Assembly: GCF_009914755.1 (NCBI RefSeq)
Contig: NC_060937.1
Reading direction: 5' to 3' (one strand)
From: the human T2T-CHM13v2.0 reference genome, Homo sapiens
Length of the DNA stretch: 64,000 bases
The notes under the pieces were generated by a model. The model did not search any database and was not told the origin of the DNA. It saw only the letters and a list, made by a program, of their open reading frames with translations. This document shows positions 15,879 through 29,938 of the stretch, piece by piece; the first letter of the stretch is position 1; each line of letters begins with the position of its first letter. The translations under genes were made by a program, and so were the position numbers.

Positions 15879-18800
15879 GTCCTCTTCACTCAATCCTCAC
15901 TCTTGTTCTAACTAAGCAAATCCACACACTGGCTTCAATGCTATTTCATATTGACCTCCAACCTTGTCCACTCTTTTGAGCTCTAAATTCATGCAATTAA
16001 TTGCCTATATTATATTTTTACTTAAATTTCTGGCAGGTATTTCAAACTTAACATATTCAAAAGTAAACCTTTACTTCTCTAAAACTGGTCCTTCTATACC
16101 CTTCCTATTTGTAAATTGCACCACCATCTAGGCTCATTCTTGATTTTTACCCTTTCACAAATGTAACTATTGCATTGAAAGAGTAGCAATTTACAAAGTT
16201 ATAGTAAAAAATCAACCCTTTCATTTTTTCCCCTAGTACCTGGTCATACCTGTTTTTTTCCATGTCCTTGACACCTCAAGTAGATCACATGACTATCGAG
16301 TAAGAAAACTCCTTCAATTATTTAATCTTATATCAGTGTCACTTTGGTAACTGTCTACCCAGTCTAATAAAATACTAAGAGTAGAAATTAAACTCTTTCT
16401 CCTCCTCAGATCTTATCCTAGTTGGAAACCTGCATTGGAAAGAGGTATAGAATAGGCTTTTCTCTATTTCCTCTATAGGAGCTCCTCTCCCACTCCCAAC
16501 CCCCAATCTCAGGCTGCCTTCTGGGCCCTCTGGTTTTAGGTTAAAATAGACTAGAGGAAAGGAAGAGAAAAAGTCTCCTTTGATTGGTACTCTCATAGTG
16601 TGGCTTTATTACTCTTTGGACTTACAGGTATATGAAAAGCAGTGTTCTTCCCAACAAATCTTCAGAGATAAAATACTGTTTCTCGTAAGTGCAATATGAG
16701 AAATTGAAGAAATATGGCAATTGTATTATACACAGAAAAAAGAAAAAAATTTATAAATACCATGACCCCAAAATAACTTTTGTTAATATCATTCCAGAAA
16801 GTTTCCTCTGCATGTACAAAAAGGACAGAGATCAGAGCATATATTTTTATTTACTTACTCAGCATCCATTATTCACTTATTCCATTCTAAAATTAGCTGT
16901 ATTTTTCAGGTATACACTGCTCCTTTAGGCAAGAAATACCTTCATATTATTGTGCAAATAGTTTGTTGTTGTTGTTATTGTTGTTGTTGTTGTTTTACAG
17001 ACCCTAGAAACACTTGGAGAACCACTAGCCCAGAGATTTCAAGGACTGTTGGACCTAATACCTTAGTTGACATTGATACCTGAACATCCAAAGAATCATT
17101 ATGGCACCCACATTAGAATGGGGTATGTGAGGTCCAGATAATAAATAGAGCCTGGGTCCACTTAGTTTGAGGGCTACTCATCCAGTTGGAGAAACTCGTT
17201 TATTTGGATCTTTGGCCTATGTTTTAACAGATATGATTGTAAAAAAGGTAAAGAAGAAACCTCTGAAAAGGAGTCACCTTTCCCCATGCAAGCCAAGATA
17301 CCACATTTAGGGGAAGATGGTAAAATTAGGACGACCCTTAAGGATCTAAAGTGTGTACAGGGAAAGGTTCCTTTGCCAATCTAAAGCTTCTGGACTGGAT
17401 GGTCACATGACTATGTAGATCACATTACTCTTCTAATATATATATGGTGTAACATAATTTTCTAAAATAAAAGATCACATTGAAACAAATTAATTAGGGC
17501 CTCAAGTACATGGTATGCAGCTTTTGGTGAATGTACTTTTTTAACCTCATTAAAAAAGAAAAATAATTTGCTGTAACATGAAGTTGACAACAATATCTAT
17601 TAACCCTATGGATCTTAACTCTGCTACCTTCTGTCATGATATAGTCTAAAAAGATGTGGGTGATCTGGATAGTCCACAGAACATCACACTGATCTATTAC
17701 TTCAATGACATCATGTTGGTCAGCATGTTGGACGCCTTATATCCAAACGGTGGAAAATAAATGCTATGAAGACTCAAAGACCTGCCATTTAGCAAAGTTA
17801 TTAGGTTTCCACTGGTCAGTGGCATTCCAGTAGAACATCTTCCCTCAAATAAAAGATAAGTTGCATCTTTCATTACCTGCCCCAAATCCTACCCCCAAAA
17901 CAGAAAAGAAACAAAGAAAGGCAAATAAAAGAAATCCCAACATCTACTAAACCTATTTGGGTTTTGTAGGTTTTGGACACAACACATTTCATGTTTAGTA
18001 ATATTATTCTAGTCCATATACATGACACACTGCTAATTTTGAGTGGAACTTGGAGCAGGAAAAGGCCCAGCCACAATTCCAGGCTATGGTGCAGGTACCC
18101 TGCCTCTTTGACCCTAAAAACCATCAAACCCTTGAATACTGAGAGCTAGATGGTAGAAAAGATAGAATATGGAGTTTATAGGAAGCCCCATTAGGAAAAT
18201 CATCACAAGGTCCTTAGTTCTGAAGCAAGGGCATGCTCTCTGGAGCAGAAATGTATGCATTATTGAAGAATCAGATCCTGATATGCTACTGGGTCCTAAT
18301 ACAGATGTAACACTTAACTAAGAGACACCAGGTGACAATGCATTGCCTTTTGAGCTGAGTTTTAGCAAACCATGAAGTCATAAAGTTGGGTAGAACTGGC
18401 AGTGGCCCATCATAAGATAGAAATGGTATATAAAGGATAGAATCCTAATAGCATCAGAGTATATGACTAAGCTGCCTGAGTAGGTAAGCTAAATCCCCAT
18501 ATCACCCACAATGATTGCACAACCTCACAGTTATGGTTATACGAAAAGTCTCATGTGAACAATTTTTCCTTGAAGACAAAGAATGAGGCCAAACCTGATT
18601 TACAAATGAGTCAGATTGGTATGTGGACACAAACTAAAAATGGATAGTGACTATATTAAAACTACACCAGCGGGTAGCCTTGAAAGACAGTAGTGAGGGA
18701 AAATCTTCCCAATGGTTGAGGTTTTATGTAATGCCTCTGGGTCTACTTTGTGTGGATCACTTCTGTGGAAGAAATGGCTTAAGGTGAAATTTATTTGGAC

Positions 18801-19348
18801 TTTTAGGCAATGGCAGCTGGTCAGAGACCTAAAAGAAAAATGAAATAGAGGTATCTTGCTAGATTACTGGATGTGGACACAATATGTGATGATTTTCATG
18901 TCACATGTTAATGACCACCATAAATTACTTACCATAGTACAGGCACTAAACTATCAACTACAGAAAATAATTGGGTCAGCTGATGTTAGCTAGCCTTCAT
19001 TATCAACCACCCTAGAACTAGCATTATGGGCACATGATTGAGATAGGTTTGGTGGCAGAGTCAAGGACTGTGCATGGGCTCAATAGAATAGATTTTCTAA
19101 ACCCAGTCTTGTTATTCCTGCCCCTGAATGTACAATGCTAAGCCTCTGATAGGGAGGTAGTCATCAAGATACCAATAAGCTTGATGACAAGATGACTACA
19201 TTATGTCTCTTCCATACTGAAAGGGCCAGTGATTCATTCAAACATGAAAAGAACCCCATCCTAGGTATGAGTCTCCTATCTGCAAACAGAGATAGCATCA
19301 CTCTGCAGGGTCTTATTAAGTGCCTGATACACAGGCATGGAATCCCAC

Positions 19349-19762
19349 AATATTACTGTGTTCTCACATTGCTATAAACAAATATCTGAGACAGGATAAT
19401 TTATAAACAAGAGAGGTTTAATTGGCTCACTGTTCTATAGGCTATACAGGAAGCATAGTGGCTTCTGCTTCTAGGGAGGCCTCAGGAATCTTACAATCAT
19501 GGCTGAAGGTAAAGGGGAAGCAGGTACTCCTTACACTGCTGGAGTAGAAGGAAGAGCGGGTGAAGGGAGAGGTGGCATACACTTTTAAATGACCAGATCT
19601 CATGAGAAATCTATTAGAACAGCACCAAAGGGATGGCGCTAAACTATTCATGGAAGGATATACCCCCATGATCCAATCACCTCCCACCAGGCCCCACCCC
19701 CAACATTGGGGATTACAATTTGACATGAGATTTGGGCAGAGACACAGATCCAAACCATATCA
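19349..19762. mobile_element. MST (ERVL-MaLR) solo LTR inserted in the ERVL integrase region
   Basis: MST consensus similarity; ends gacacagatccaaaccatatca. 5-bp TSD CCCAC at 19344-19348 and 19763-19767. Confidence 0.9.
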
Positions 19763-19912
19763 CCCACACAATACAGCATCAAACCAAGCAAACTACTCTA
19801 CAGTGAAGGGACCGTGGGAGTGGCCCTATGATTATATACAACACCAACCAGAAGCTCTCAGTCTGGTAGAAAAGAAATGGCTTGCTGAGGGTGTAGATGA
19901 AGTGTCAGCTGG

Positions 19913-20191
19913 TGACTCTTAGTCAGCTCAGGCTGCTATAACAAAATGTCATGAGCTGGGTGGCTTAAACACAAAACATTTATTTTTTACAATGCTGGAT
20001 ATTGGGAAGATCAAAGTGCCGGCTTTCTTAGGACTCTTGTAAGTACACAAATCCCATTCAAGAGGACTTCACCCTCATGACTTTATCTAATCCTAATTAC
20101 CTACCAAAGACTCCATCTCCTAATATGATCACATTAGGGTATACAGTTTCAACATATGAATTTAGGGGGACACAAATATTCAGTGCATAAT
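19913..20191. mobile_element. MLT1A/B/C-like MaLR LTR (internally deleted)
   Basis: tcttagtcagctcaggctgctataacaaaat...ggtggcttaaac ... ggggacacaaatattcagtgcataa. Confidence 0.8.
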
Positions 20192-20957
20192 GGAGGCAAT
20201 ACTTGGAAACGTTTGGGAGCTGTCCCCCAGGTTGCAGTATACTCAATCAATAATCTCCCTATAATTCTGTGTCCCCATTAGGAAGAAGAGATGAGTCTGG
20301 GGACAAAAGGAGGATGCAATGGTAGCCCTTTTTACCATTTCTCCCCATGACTTACCTGGGAGACTTTGAGTAATCTATTTATAACCTTGAGATCTCCAGA
20401 ATTAGAAGTCCACTCCTCAAAGGTAGCAGCAAGGGTTTTATTGAACTGAAAGCTTTGGCTGCTACAAGGTCATTTTAAACTTTTTTGGGTTCAGGAAAAC
20501 CATGTAAGAATAAGAGTCACCATCAGGCAGAGTTAATTGATGATGATCAACAAAAGGTAAGATAAATGTCACAAAATAGGGGAAGGGGGAAATGTGTGTA
20601 GAACTTCTCCCTTGCCTACATGTGACTTTTAGTGGACAAGTGCAACAACATTGGCCTGAGAGTGTGCTTACCAGCAGATCAATATCGCAGGAATGAGAGT
20701 TAGAGTCATATCACTGGGTATGCCACCAAGACTTATAGAAGCAATATCTTAGGGTAGTCGGGAAGGACAGTGGAGGAGGGAGATATTAAGTACCATTTAT
20801 GACCCTGAGACTAACTAAAGCAGCAGGGATTATTGTCCATCCCCAAAAACCTTCCTCTTCTAAGTATTCCTTCTCTAAGAAAGCCCACAGGAGCCATGGC
20901 AGAGCTGTTTCCTGAATGTGTATGGATCAGCACATCTGCGTAGTACAAGGGGTGGAC

Positions 20958-21730
<773 letters not shown>

Positions 21731-23099
21731 AGATTTGATTCTTTCTTAGAGTGAGAAAAGAGTGAGAGCTGAACAAAAAACAATGCTAGTTAAAGAAATA
21801 GTAGACACCAAGATATTTACTAGGGGATATGCACATAATCATTTTTGTTTAAGATCTAAAAGAAGAAATATTCAAATACAATTAAAATAAACACTTATGG
21901 CAATCAAGGTAAAAATACTCATTTGTTTACAAGCAAAGAGCATTTTGGAAAGAACATTCCCTTATTCAAGTTTTGGTAAAAGATAATGTCATTTTCATTA
22001 ATGTATCACAATCAACTAGCACAGTGTTATCAAGTCATTTTTGAGCCTTTGAAAAAATTATTGAATGAATTAAAAATACAAAAGGACTATACAAAACCTT
22101 TTTTATATAAGAGGATTGGAACTTTGCAAACAAAATGTTTAAAGTCCACAACAGGAAACATAATTTCACAAAGTCTCTGACAATTATTCTGAAAAAGAGG
22201 AAGAAAACTATTTCTATGAACTGACCAATTACAGATGCGATATGAAGACAATAGAATGGAATCAAAAGAGAATTAGATAAGAGGCTGAAAAAAGTAAATA
22301 AGTAAAAAATATATAGTAATAAAAATCTAAGCATAGAATAGGTGAATTGAAATTCAAAATGGAGGCAGATTTTTAACATCAAAGACGAAAAAAATTCTAC
22401 AAGCGTCCAGGGATTGAGCGCTAAGGATTATGAGAAACAGAAACCAAGCAGGTCCTATTTTTCTCATCCATAAAACTTAGAAAACTACATACATGAAACA
22501 AAACCAAATTGCTCTGTATATTGTTAAGAGACAAGAGTCTATCCTAAATTACAGAAAAAAAAAATGTAAAAGCTCAAAATACAAGGGAAGTTACACTGGT
22601 CAGAAGAAAAGCTCCAATATATAAAGGAAGAACTTATGAAATAAAGGATTAAGTGTACAATGAACTCAATTTAGTACATAGTTAGACCTAAATCACCAAT
22701 GTAATTGTGATTTTAGAATAAATGTAAATGCACATAAGCCTTAAATGAAGCAATATTAATATGAAATAAGATTATAAAAATGTGTTTAAAACATCAGATT
22801 GTATAAGCAAATCCTAAAATCAAAGAAGAGATAAAAAATGAAAATATTATTACCTTACAAACGAAAAGACTAGATATTGCTTCATTCTTGATGTTAAAAA
22901 TTTAACATATATATTCTTATAAAAACATAAGGATAATTACTGTAGAATTGAAATTTTTACAAGATTCCAAATGTTTTTAGTGATAAAGAAAATATAATAT
23001 ACTGTATATAGAAAATAAATGTCAAAAAGCATTTAGTGAAAATTAAACTATTATTTCTGATTTTCAAATCCTGTCAAATTAGAATTACTAACATAGGAA

Positions 23100-23900
23100 T
23101 ATACTTATTTTTACTGTTTATATATATATATTTAAACATACAAATAGAAGTGTATACATCTTAACTGTACTTCTTAACTCCACTTCTGCCCTCTTTCAGT
23201 TATTATATTTGCAGTCTTTCCCAACATTAACAACTTATTAAACCAAAACAACAGAGATTCGAGTTGCCTGGTTTTGAGTTTTATATAAAAAAATTGTACA
23301 GAATGTCTTCTTTCTCAGGTTTCTTTCACTTGCCATTATGTTGTGAGATTCATTGTGGCATAGCAAACCATTGCAGTGTATTTTTTACTGCTACATAATA
23401 CTCTATTGAATACATGTATCATAGTATTTTTGCCATTTTACTGCAGATTCATATTTAGGTTATTCCAGTTTGTTGCTGTTGTAAATAATGCCACTAAAAG
23501 CATTCTTTAATGTCTTTTGGTGCACATGTGAACACACTTTTATAAGATATATACCCAGTAGTAGCATTACTGATTATAGAGTATGCATATTTTAAAATTT
23601 AGAACACCTGGTTAAAGAGTTTTCCACAATTATTGTATCAATTTTTACTCATTCTAGCAGTTTATGAGAGTTCCAGTTTTTCCTCGTCCTTGACAACACA
23701 TACTATACTATGCTTAATCCTTTTTGTATATGTCTTAATGGAGTGTGTACAGTAATACAGCACTGTTTTCCTAAAATGTGCACACTTTTCCACAGGCTTA
23801 TTAGAATCTGGTTATTCCCTTTTGTAAAGAACTTGTACAAAACTCTTGCTCACTTTTCCATAATGTCTACAGTGATAGCTTTTTATTAAATCTTGTTTTA
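23100..23900 (-). mobile_element. Ancient L1ME-like 3' fragment
   Basis: Reverse L1 3' motifs: attatgttgtgagattcatt, ttattccagtttgttgctgttgtaaataatgcc, gatatatacccagtagtagcattactg. Confidence 0.7.
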
Positions 23901-23916
23901 GTTACTTGTTAACACC

Positions 23917-23917
23917 T

Positions 23918-23949
<32 letters not shown>

Positions 23950-24235
23950 GTTTTGAGACAAAGTCCGGCTCTATTGCCCAGGCTGGAAGTGCAGTGGTGC
24001 AATCTTGGCTCACTGCAACCTCCACCTCCCAGGCTCAAGCATTCCTCCCCGCTCAGCCTCCTGAGTAGCTGGGACCACAGGTGGGCACCACCATGCCTGG
24101 CTAACTTTTTATATTTTTTGTAGAGATGGGATTTTGCCATGTTTCTCAGGCTGGTCTCAAACTCCTGGGCTCAAGCCATCTGCCCACCTAGGCCTTCCAA
24201 AGTGCTGGGAATACAGACATTACACCGAGACCTGC
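23917..24235 (-). mobile_element. AluJ-like element
   Basis: Poly-T tail followed by reverse Alu with gggctcaagc J-type diagnostics. Confidence 0.93.
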
Positions 24236-24289
24236 CTGCTGTTCCCTTTTTCTATTTTATTTATTAATTAGTATTGTCAGAAGGACCTC

Positions 24290-25700
24290 ATGTTCAATTA
24301 TCAATTTAATGACTGTAGTTAACATTAACCAACTATACATTTCAAAATAGCTAGAAAATATTTCCAATGTTTCTAGAGTAAAGATAGGTGATAGGTATCC
24401 CAATTACCTTGATTATATGAATGTATCAAATTATCACATATACACTGAAAATATGTAATATACACAGATAATATGTATTAATTTTTTTTTAATTTATGTT
24501 TTTTCAAAGAACCAACTTCTAGATTTGTACGTTGCTTTTTCATTAATTTCTGCTCTTCTCTTTATTTTTTTCCTTCTATTATACTCTCACTGGGTGTGAT
24601 TTGCTGTTCTTATTCAAACTGCTTAAGATGGCCACTTGGATGAATACTTTTCAAATTTTCTTCTTTTCTCACATACACATGTAATGCTATAACCCTTTGT
24701 TTAAGCATGGTTTTAGCTGTGCTTTGTATATTTCATATGCCATATTTTTATTATCCAGCTCAAAATGTTTTTGAATATCTACTGTTTTCTAACATCCTAA
24801 TTAAAGTTTATTGAGAAGTGTATTACTTGATGTTCAAACATTCGGAAATTTTTTAGTTTGGGGGGGTTTTGTTATTTATTTCTAGGTCAACTGCACTGTG
24901 AGCAGATAAAATATCCTGTTTTATTTTCTAAATAACTTTTCTTGAAAATACATTATTTTTAGAGCAGTTTTATGTTCACAGAAAAATTAAGAGGAGAGAG
25001 AGTTCCCATGTAGTCCTTGCCCCTACACATGTACAACCCCCCTCATTCTCAATATTCCACACCACAGTGGTACGCTTGTTACAATCAAATCAACCTACAT
25101 TCACAAATTTTGAGATTTTTGAGGGCTCATCCTATAGTCAATGTTTTTAAGTGTCCTATGTGCCACTAGAGAAGAATGCACATTTTGAAATTGTTGGGTA
25201 TATTGTTTTGTATATATCAGAAAGTCAATTTTGTTCATTATGATCTTCAAATTTTCTATGTCACTTCTTATTTTTTACTTTCTATTAATGTTAATTACTC
25301 AGACATGTGTATTATAATTTTGTATTTGTCAATTTTTTCCCTCAGTGCAGGTAATTTGGCTATCCATCTTTACCTATCTATAATGATTTTTTGCCTCACA
25401 TTCCCTTTTCCCAATTTTCATAGACTATACTTTCCAAATCACTTACTTTCTATATTTAGGTATGCTTAAAGTTAAGGTGTTCCTTTAGTAATTGGTGTAT
25501 GTTGGGTGTTTGATTTTTGTCCTGCCTGAGAATTTTTATCCTTAAATTGAAGTATGTAATTTATTCATATTTAAGAATATCACTAATGCATTTGGAGTTA
25601 AGTCTACCATCATATTACTTGTTTTATGTTGGTACCATCTGCTCTATGTTACTTTTTATCATGAAGAGGTATTCTGATTCAGTCAAAATCTTTATTTGCA
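24290..25700. mobile_element. Mixed old L1 fragments (L1MA 3' end on +, L1M on -, L1MC 3' end on - at ~24940-25100)
   Basis: atttcaaaatagctagaa...tatcaaaattatcacat (+); ttttagagcagttttatgttcacagaaaaatt...cagtggtacgcttgttacaatc (L1MC, -). Confidence 0.65.
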
Positions 25701-25759
25701 TCTACTAAGATTATCATGTAGGACTTGGCAAGGGGAGAGTAAACTAAAGCAACTGTTAT

Positions 25760-26140
25760 TATCTGTTGGTCAGAATAGGCTGTTTTATGCTGCATTAACA
25801 AACAATTCTCAAATTACAGAGTTTGAACCAATAAATTCATATGTTTACCCTATATCCTTATAGTTTCACTGCAAGTCTCTGCTTCTTCCATCCTCAATCC
25901 AGGGAGAGGGAGCTTCCAGCATTTGCAATGCAGTGGTTATCATGACTGCATGAAGAGTATGGATAAATTTACACCCACTTAATGTTTCCATCTGGAAGTG
26001 ACATATTTAAATTACACTATCATGTCTTGGCCAGTGCTAGTAACATAGCCTCACAGACAAGGAAATTTGAACCCCCTCTCCCTCCCAAATACTTGGAAGT
26101 AGAAAGAAACTAAATAACAGTGAATAGTTATAATACCCTC
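25760..26140. mobile_element. Old MLT1 (J/K/L-like) MaLR LTR
   Basis: ggtcagaataggctgttttatgctgcattaacaaacaattctcaaat ... tggaagtgacat ... ttggccagtgctagtaacatagcc. Confidence 0.6.
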
Positions 26141-29126
26141 CAAATGCCTAGAGTTTCTTATTCTAATATTGTAAATAAATGGAAAGATAATGCAACATGA
26201 AGTCAGCTTGAGGTATATCTTATCCTAGTTAAAAACAGGGAATCATTGTTTTGAAAGCAAATGACATCTACAAGTGTATCCCTTTTATTCTTTCATCAAA
26301 GAGCTTGTAATGACAAAACCTTCTCATTTTAAATGTCTTTGCTGTTGCCCACGTTAGTAAAATAATAACAGAAGCAAAAATGTTGCTAAAAATTATCCAC
26401 ATTACCAAACAGGTTTTTGATTTGCAATGTACTTGTTACTAATCTTTAAGCAACAACTGTCTAAATACAGATGAGTTTGATAGAATAGACAATAGGAAGT
26501 AGGTAAACGTATCCAGAATAACTCCTCTGTTTTGCTTCTTAATGCAATTCATTGTATTTATTGACTTTAATATTTGAGTATAATAATTGTTTTGTTATGT
26601 GATGAGCCTGGTCATTTATTCATTCAATGAATATTTACTTCATTTATCCTATGAGCAAAGCATTACTCTAGGTAGGAACCAGGGATTCAGTGGAGGTGAA
26701 AAAGAAGTCTTCAACAAATATATATTCTCAAGTTTAACCAGATTTAGATTTTCATTCAGAAACAATTTCATTTCATTTTACCATCAGTTCTTTTGCTTTG
26801 AAAATTTTCAATGGTCATTTTATTACTGCTTATATAGAAAAAAACTCAACCTTGAAGTCCAGAGAAAGACTTATGGTCAAAATCTTTACCTTTCTCTCCT
26901 TAAATAAATACATTTTGCAAGCATGATTTAGAGTCAAAAAATACGTTATTTACTCCTTTTCTAATATTCAGTGTTTTCTACTGAACAAGAAAAGGAAAGC
27001 ATGATGAAATAAAGCAACAGTAATTTTAGTAGCTTTTTAAAAAAACTATCCCTGAGTGGCTTTTCTTAATCATTTAACTTTATGATCAACAAAGGCATTT
27101 AGAAACAATCATTCCAACAAATACATAGAATCAAACAAAACAAAATTTATCTCCTAGTCTGTTGATATCCTATTATAAAATTTGAATAGAAAATTAATAG
27201 CTACTAATCAGAAATATTCCTTGGTAACAAGTCATTTAAAACAAAATTATGGTATAAATTAGAAGCTGAAAACCAAAATAAGTTACAATTCAACTGTAGC
27301 CAAAATATCTCAGATGGGAGTATGTAGATACCTACTTTAGACTTCAAGTCAACCAAAGTCATCTGTGATACAAACCTAAGCTATTGTGACATGTAAAAGG
27401 GGAGGGAGGGGAAGAAAAGGAAGGCACCTATCCAAATTACAATAACCGGAAGTCAAGTGGTAGAATCATCTTGGAGAGATTCTATATCCGTTTCTAAGGG
27501 AAGGTAATCATTACTTGATCAATTTTGGTCACAATAGCAGGAATCCATAAGCAGAATCAATAATTTTGTGGCCAAGTGAGTAAAGTAACAGTTTTTAAAT
27601 TTATTTCCAACTTTTATTTTAATTTCAGGGGTACATGTGCAGGATGTGTAGGTTTGGTACATAGGTAAATGTGTGCCATGGTGGTTTGCTGCACAGATCA
27701 ACCCATCAAACAGGTATTAACCCCAGCATTCATTAGCTATTCTTGCTGGTGCTCTTTCTCCTCCCAACCCACCCCCCGCTCCAACAGCCCTCAGTGTGTG
27801 TTGTGCTCTCCCAGGTATCCATGTGTTCTCATCATTCGGCTCCCACTTATAAGTGAGAACTTACAGTATTTGTTTTTCCATTCCTGTGTTAACTTGCTAA
27901 GGATAATGGTCTCCAGCTCCATCCATGTCCCTGCAAAGAACATAATCTCGTTCCTTTTTATGGCTGCATTCCATGGTATATATGTACCACTATTTTTATC
28001 CAGTGTATCATTGATGGGCATTTAGGTTGAATCCATATCTTCACTATTGTGAATAGTGCTGCTATGAACATACATGTGCGCGTACATTTAAAACAGAACA
28101 ATTTATATTATTTTGGGTATATACCCAGCAATCTCATTGCTGGGACCAATGGCATTCCTGTCTTTAGGTCTTTGAGGAATCGCCACATTGTCTTCCACAA
28201 TGGTTGAATTAATTTACACTCCAACAGTGTAAAAGCATTCCTTTTTCTCCATTTGATAGAACAGACAATAGGAAGTAGTAAATGTACCTTGAATAACTCC
28301 TCCGTTTTGCTTCTTAATTCAATTGAATGTATTTATTGCATCTGTTGTTTTTTGCCTTTTTAGTAATAGCCATTCTGACTGGTGTGAGATGGTATCTCAC
28401 GGTGGTTTTGATATGCACTTCTCTGATGGTCAGTGATGTTTAGCTTTTTTTCATGTTTGTTGGCTGCATGTATGTCTTCTTTTGAGAAATTTATGCTCAT
28501 GTCCTTTGCCCACTTTTTAATGGGGTTGTTTATTTCTAGAAAATTTGTTCAAGTTTCTTATAGATTCTGGATATTAGACCTTTGTCAGATGCATAGATTG
28601 CAAAAATTTTCTCTCATTCTGTAGGCTGCTTACTCTGTTGATTGTTTTTTGGTGTGTGTGCAGAAGTTGTTTAGTTTAACTAGATCCCATTTGTCAGTTT
28701 TTGCTTTTGTGCAATTGCTTTTGTCAACTTGTTCATGGAATCTTTGTCTGTGCCTATGTCCTGAGTGGTATTTCCTAGGTTTTCTTCTAAGGGTTTTATA
28801 GTTATGTGCTCTACATTTAAATATTTAATCAATATTCAGTTGATTTTTGTGTATGATCTGAGGAAAAGGTTCAGTTTCAATTTTCTGCATATGACTAGCT
28901 AGTACTCCCAGCATCATTTATTAAATAGGGAATGTTTTCCCCATTGCTTCTTTTTGTCAGGTTTGTCAAAGATCAGGTGGTTGTAGGTGTACGGTATTAT
29001 TTCTGGGTTCACCATTCCATTCCATTTGTCTATTTGTCTGTTCTCGTACCAGTACAATGCTGTTTTGGTTACTGCTGCCTTGTAGTATAGTTTGAAGTCA
29101 GGTGGAGCGATGTCTCCAGCTTTGTT

Positions 29127-29355
29127 ATTTTTTTATTTTTTGAAATGGAATCTCTCCATGTCACCAGACCGGAGTGCAGTGGCGTGATCTGAACTCACTG
29201 CAACTTCCGTCTCCTGGGTTCAAGCAATTCTCCCGCCTCAGCCTTCTCCCGCCTCAGCCCCCCAAGTAGCTGGGATTACAGGCACGCGCCACCACGCCCG
29301 GCTAATTTTTGTATTTTTAATAGAGATGGTGTTTCACCGTGTTGGCCAGGATGGT
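29127..29355 (-). mobile_element. 5'-truncated AluS/Y-like element
   Basis: Reverse Alu from the T-tail to gttggccaggatggt. TSD CAGCTTTGTT at 29117-29126; the second copy is split by the LTR. Confidence 0.92.
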
Positions 29356-29360
29356 CAGCT

Positions 29361-29938
29361 TGTTGGGGAAACCAGCCCCACACCACCCAGCGGGTACCCC
29401 GAGTCCGGTGGAGACAGGGGAGTTAGAAAGAGACAGAACAAGCATTTAAAAGGCGGGTCCAGGGGACCAGAGCATCAGAGGCTTGCTCACTGCCCAGAAC
29501 TCTTGGGTCCACCCAATTTGTTGGTTTACAAGCTCTTTGTTCTTAGGGCAGATGGGAGGGGATAAGGAAAAGGATTAATCAGTGAAGGAGAACTCGTGAG
29601 TCATTCGGTTAAGATGTATAGCAGTGGTGGTTTCTGTGAATTTCCTTGAGCAAAGGCGTGTGTCTAAACTACTTAAGAGTTTTAACTTATCGGGACTGAA
29701 ATGGGTAGGAGCGGGATTCAGGAGGAGCCAAGATGTTTGATTATACTCCACTGCTTCAAGGGAGTGTCGTCTCCCTGAGCAACCTGTGGTATGCCGCTGA
29801 GCGGTTATGCTCTGGGGGTGTAAAGACATGAAGGCAATAAGGAGACTTTTCTCCTCAGAGGCCGCCCATGGCTTCCCATGGTTGTCTCACACAGGGAAGA
29901 CCAACTCAACTGGCACCCCAGAAACTCTCTTTCCCACA
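29361..29938 (-). mobile_element. HERV-K-class solo LTR (LTR14B-like)
   Basis: TG...CA ends. Minus strand starts TGTGGGAAAGAGAGTTTCTGGGGTGCCAG and ends GGGGCTGGTTTCCCCAACA. Flanked by CAGCT/TAGCT. Confidence 0.85.

Larger units (their letters stand above)
17000..20957 (+). mobile_element. Degenerate ERVL (HERV16-like) internal region: pol/RT, RNaseH and integrase remnants, and polypurine tract
   Basis: catcacactgatctattacttcaatgacatcatgttg (~17682-17718) = ITLIYYFNDIML, a decayed ERVL HYIDDIML RT motif. HGIPHNTASNQ, restored across the MST insertion, matches ERVL integrase HGIPHSIASDQ. PPT aaggggtggac lies immediately before the LTR TG. Confidence 0.8.

Noticed and set aside
22035-22382. Hydrophobic F/L/I-rich ORFs that look like membrane proteins (also 25176, 26587, 34647, 46209)
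   Set aside because: This is a compositional artefact of T-rich strands and antisense L1 remnants; there is no splice or promoter support.
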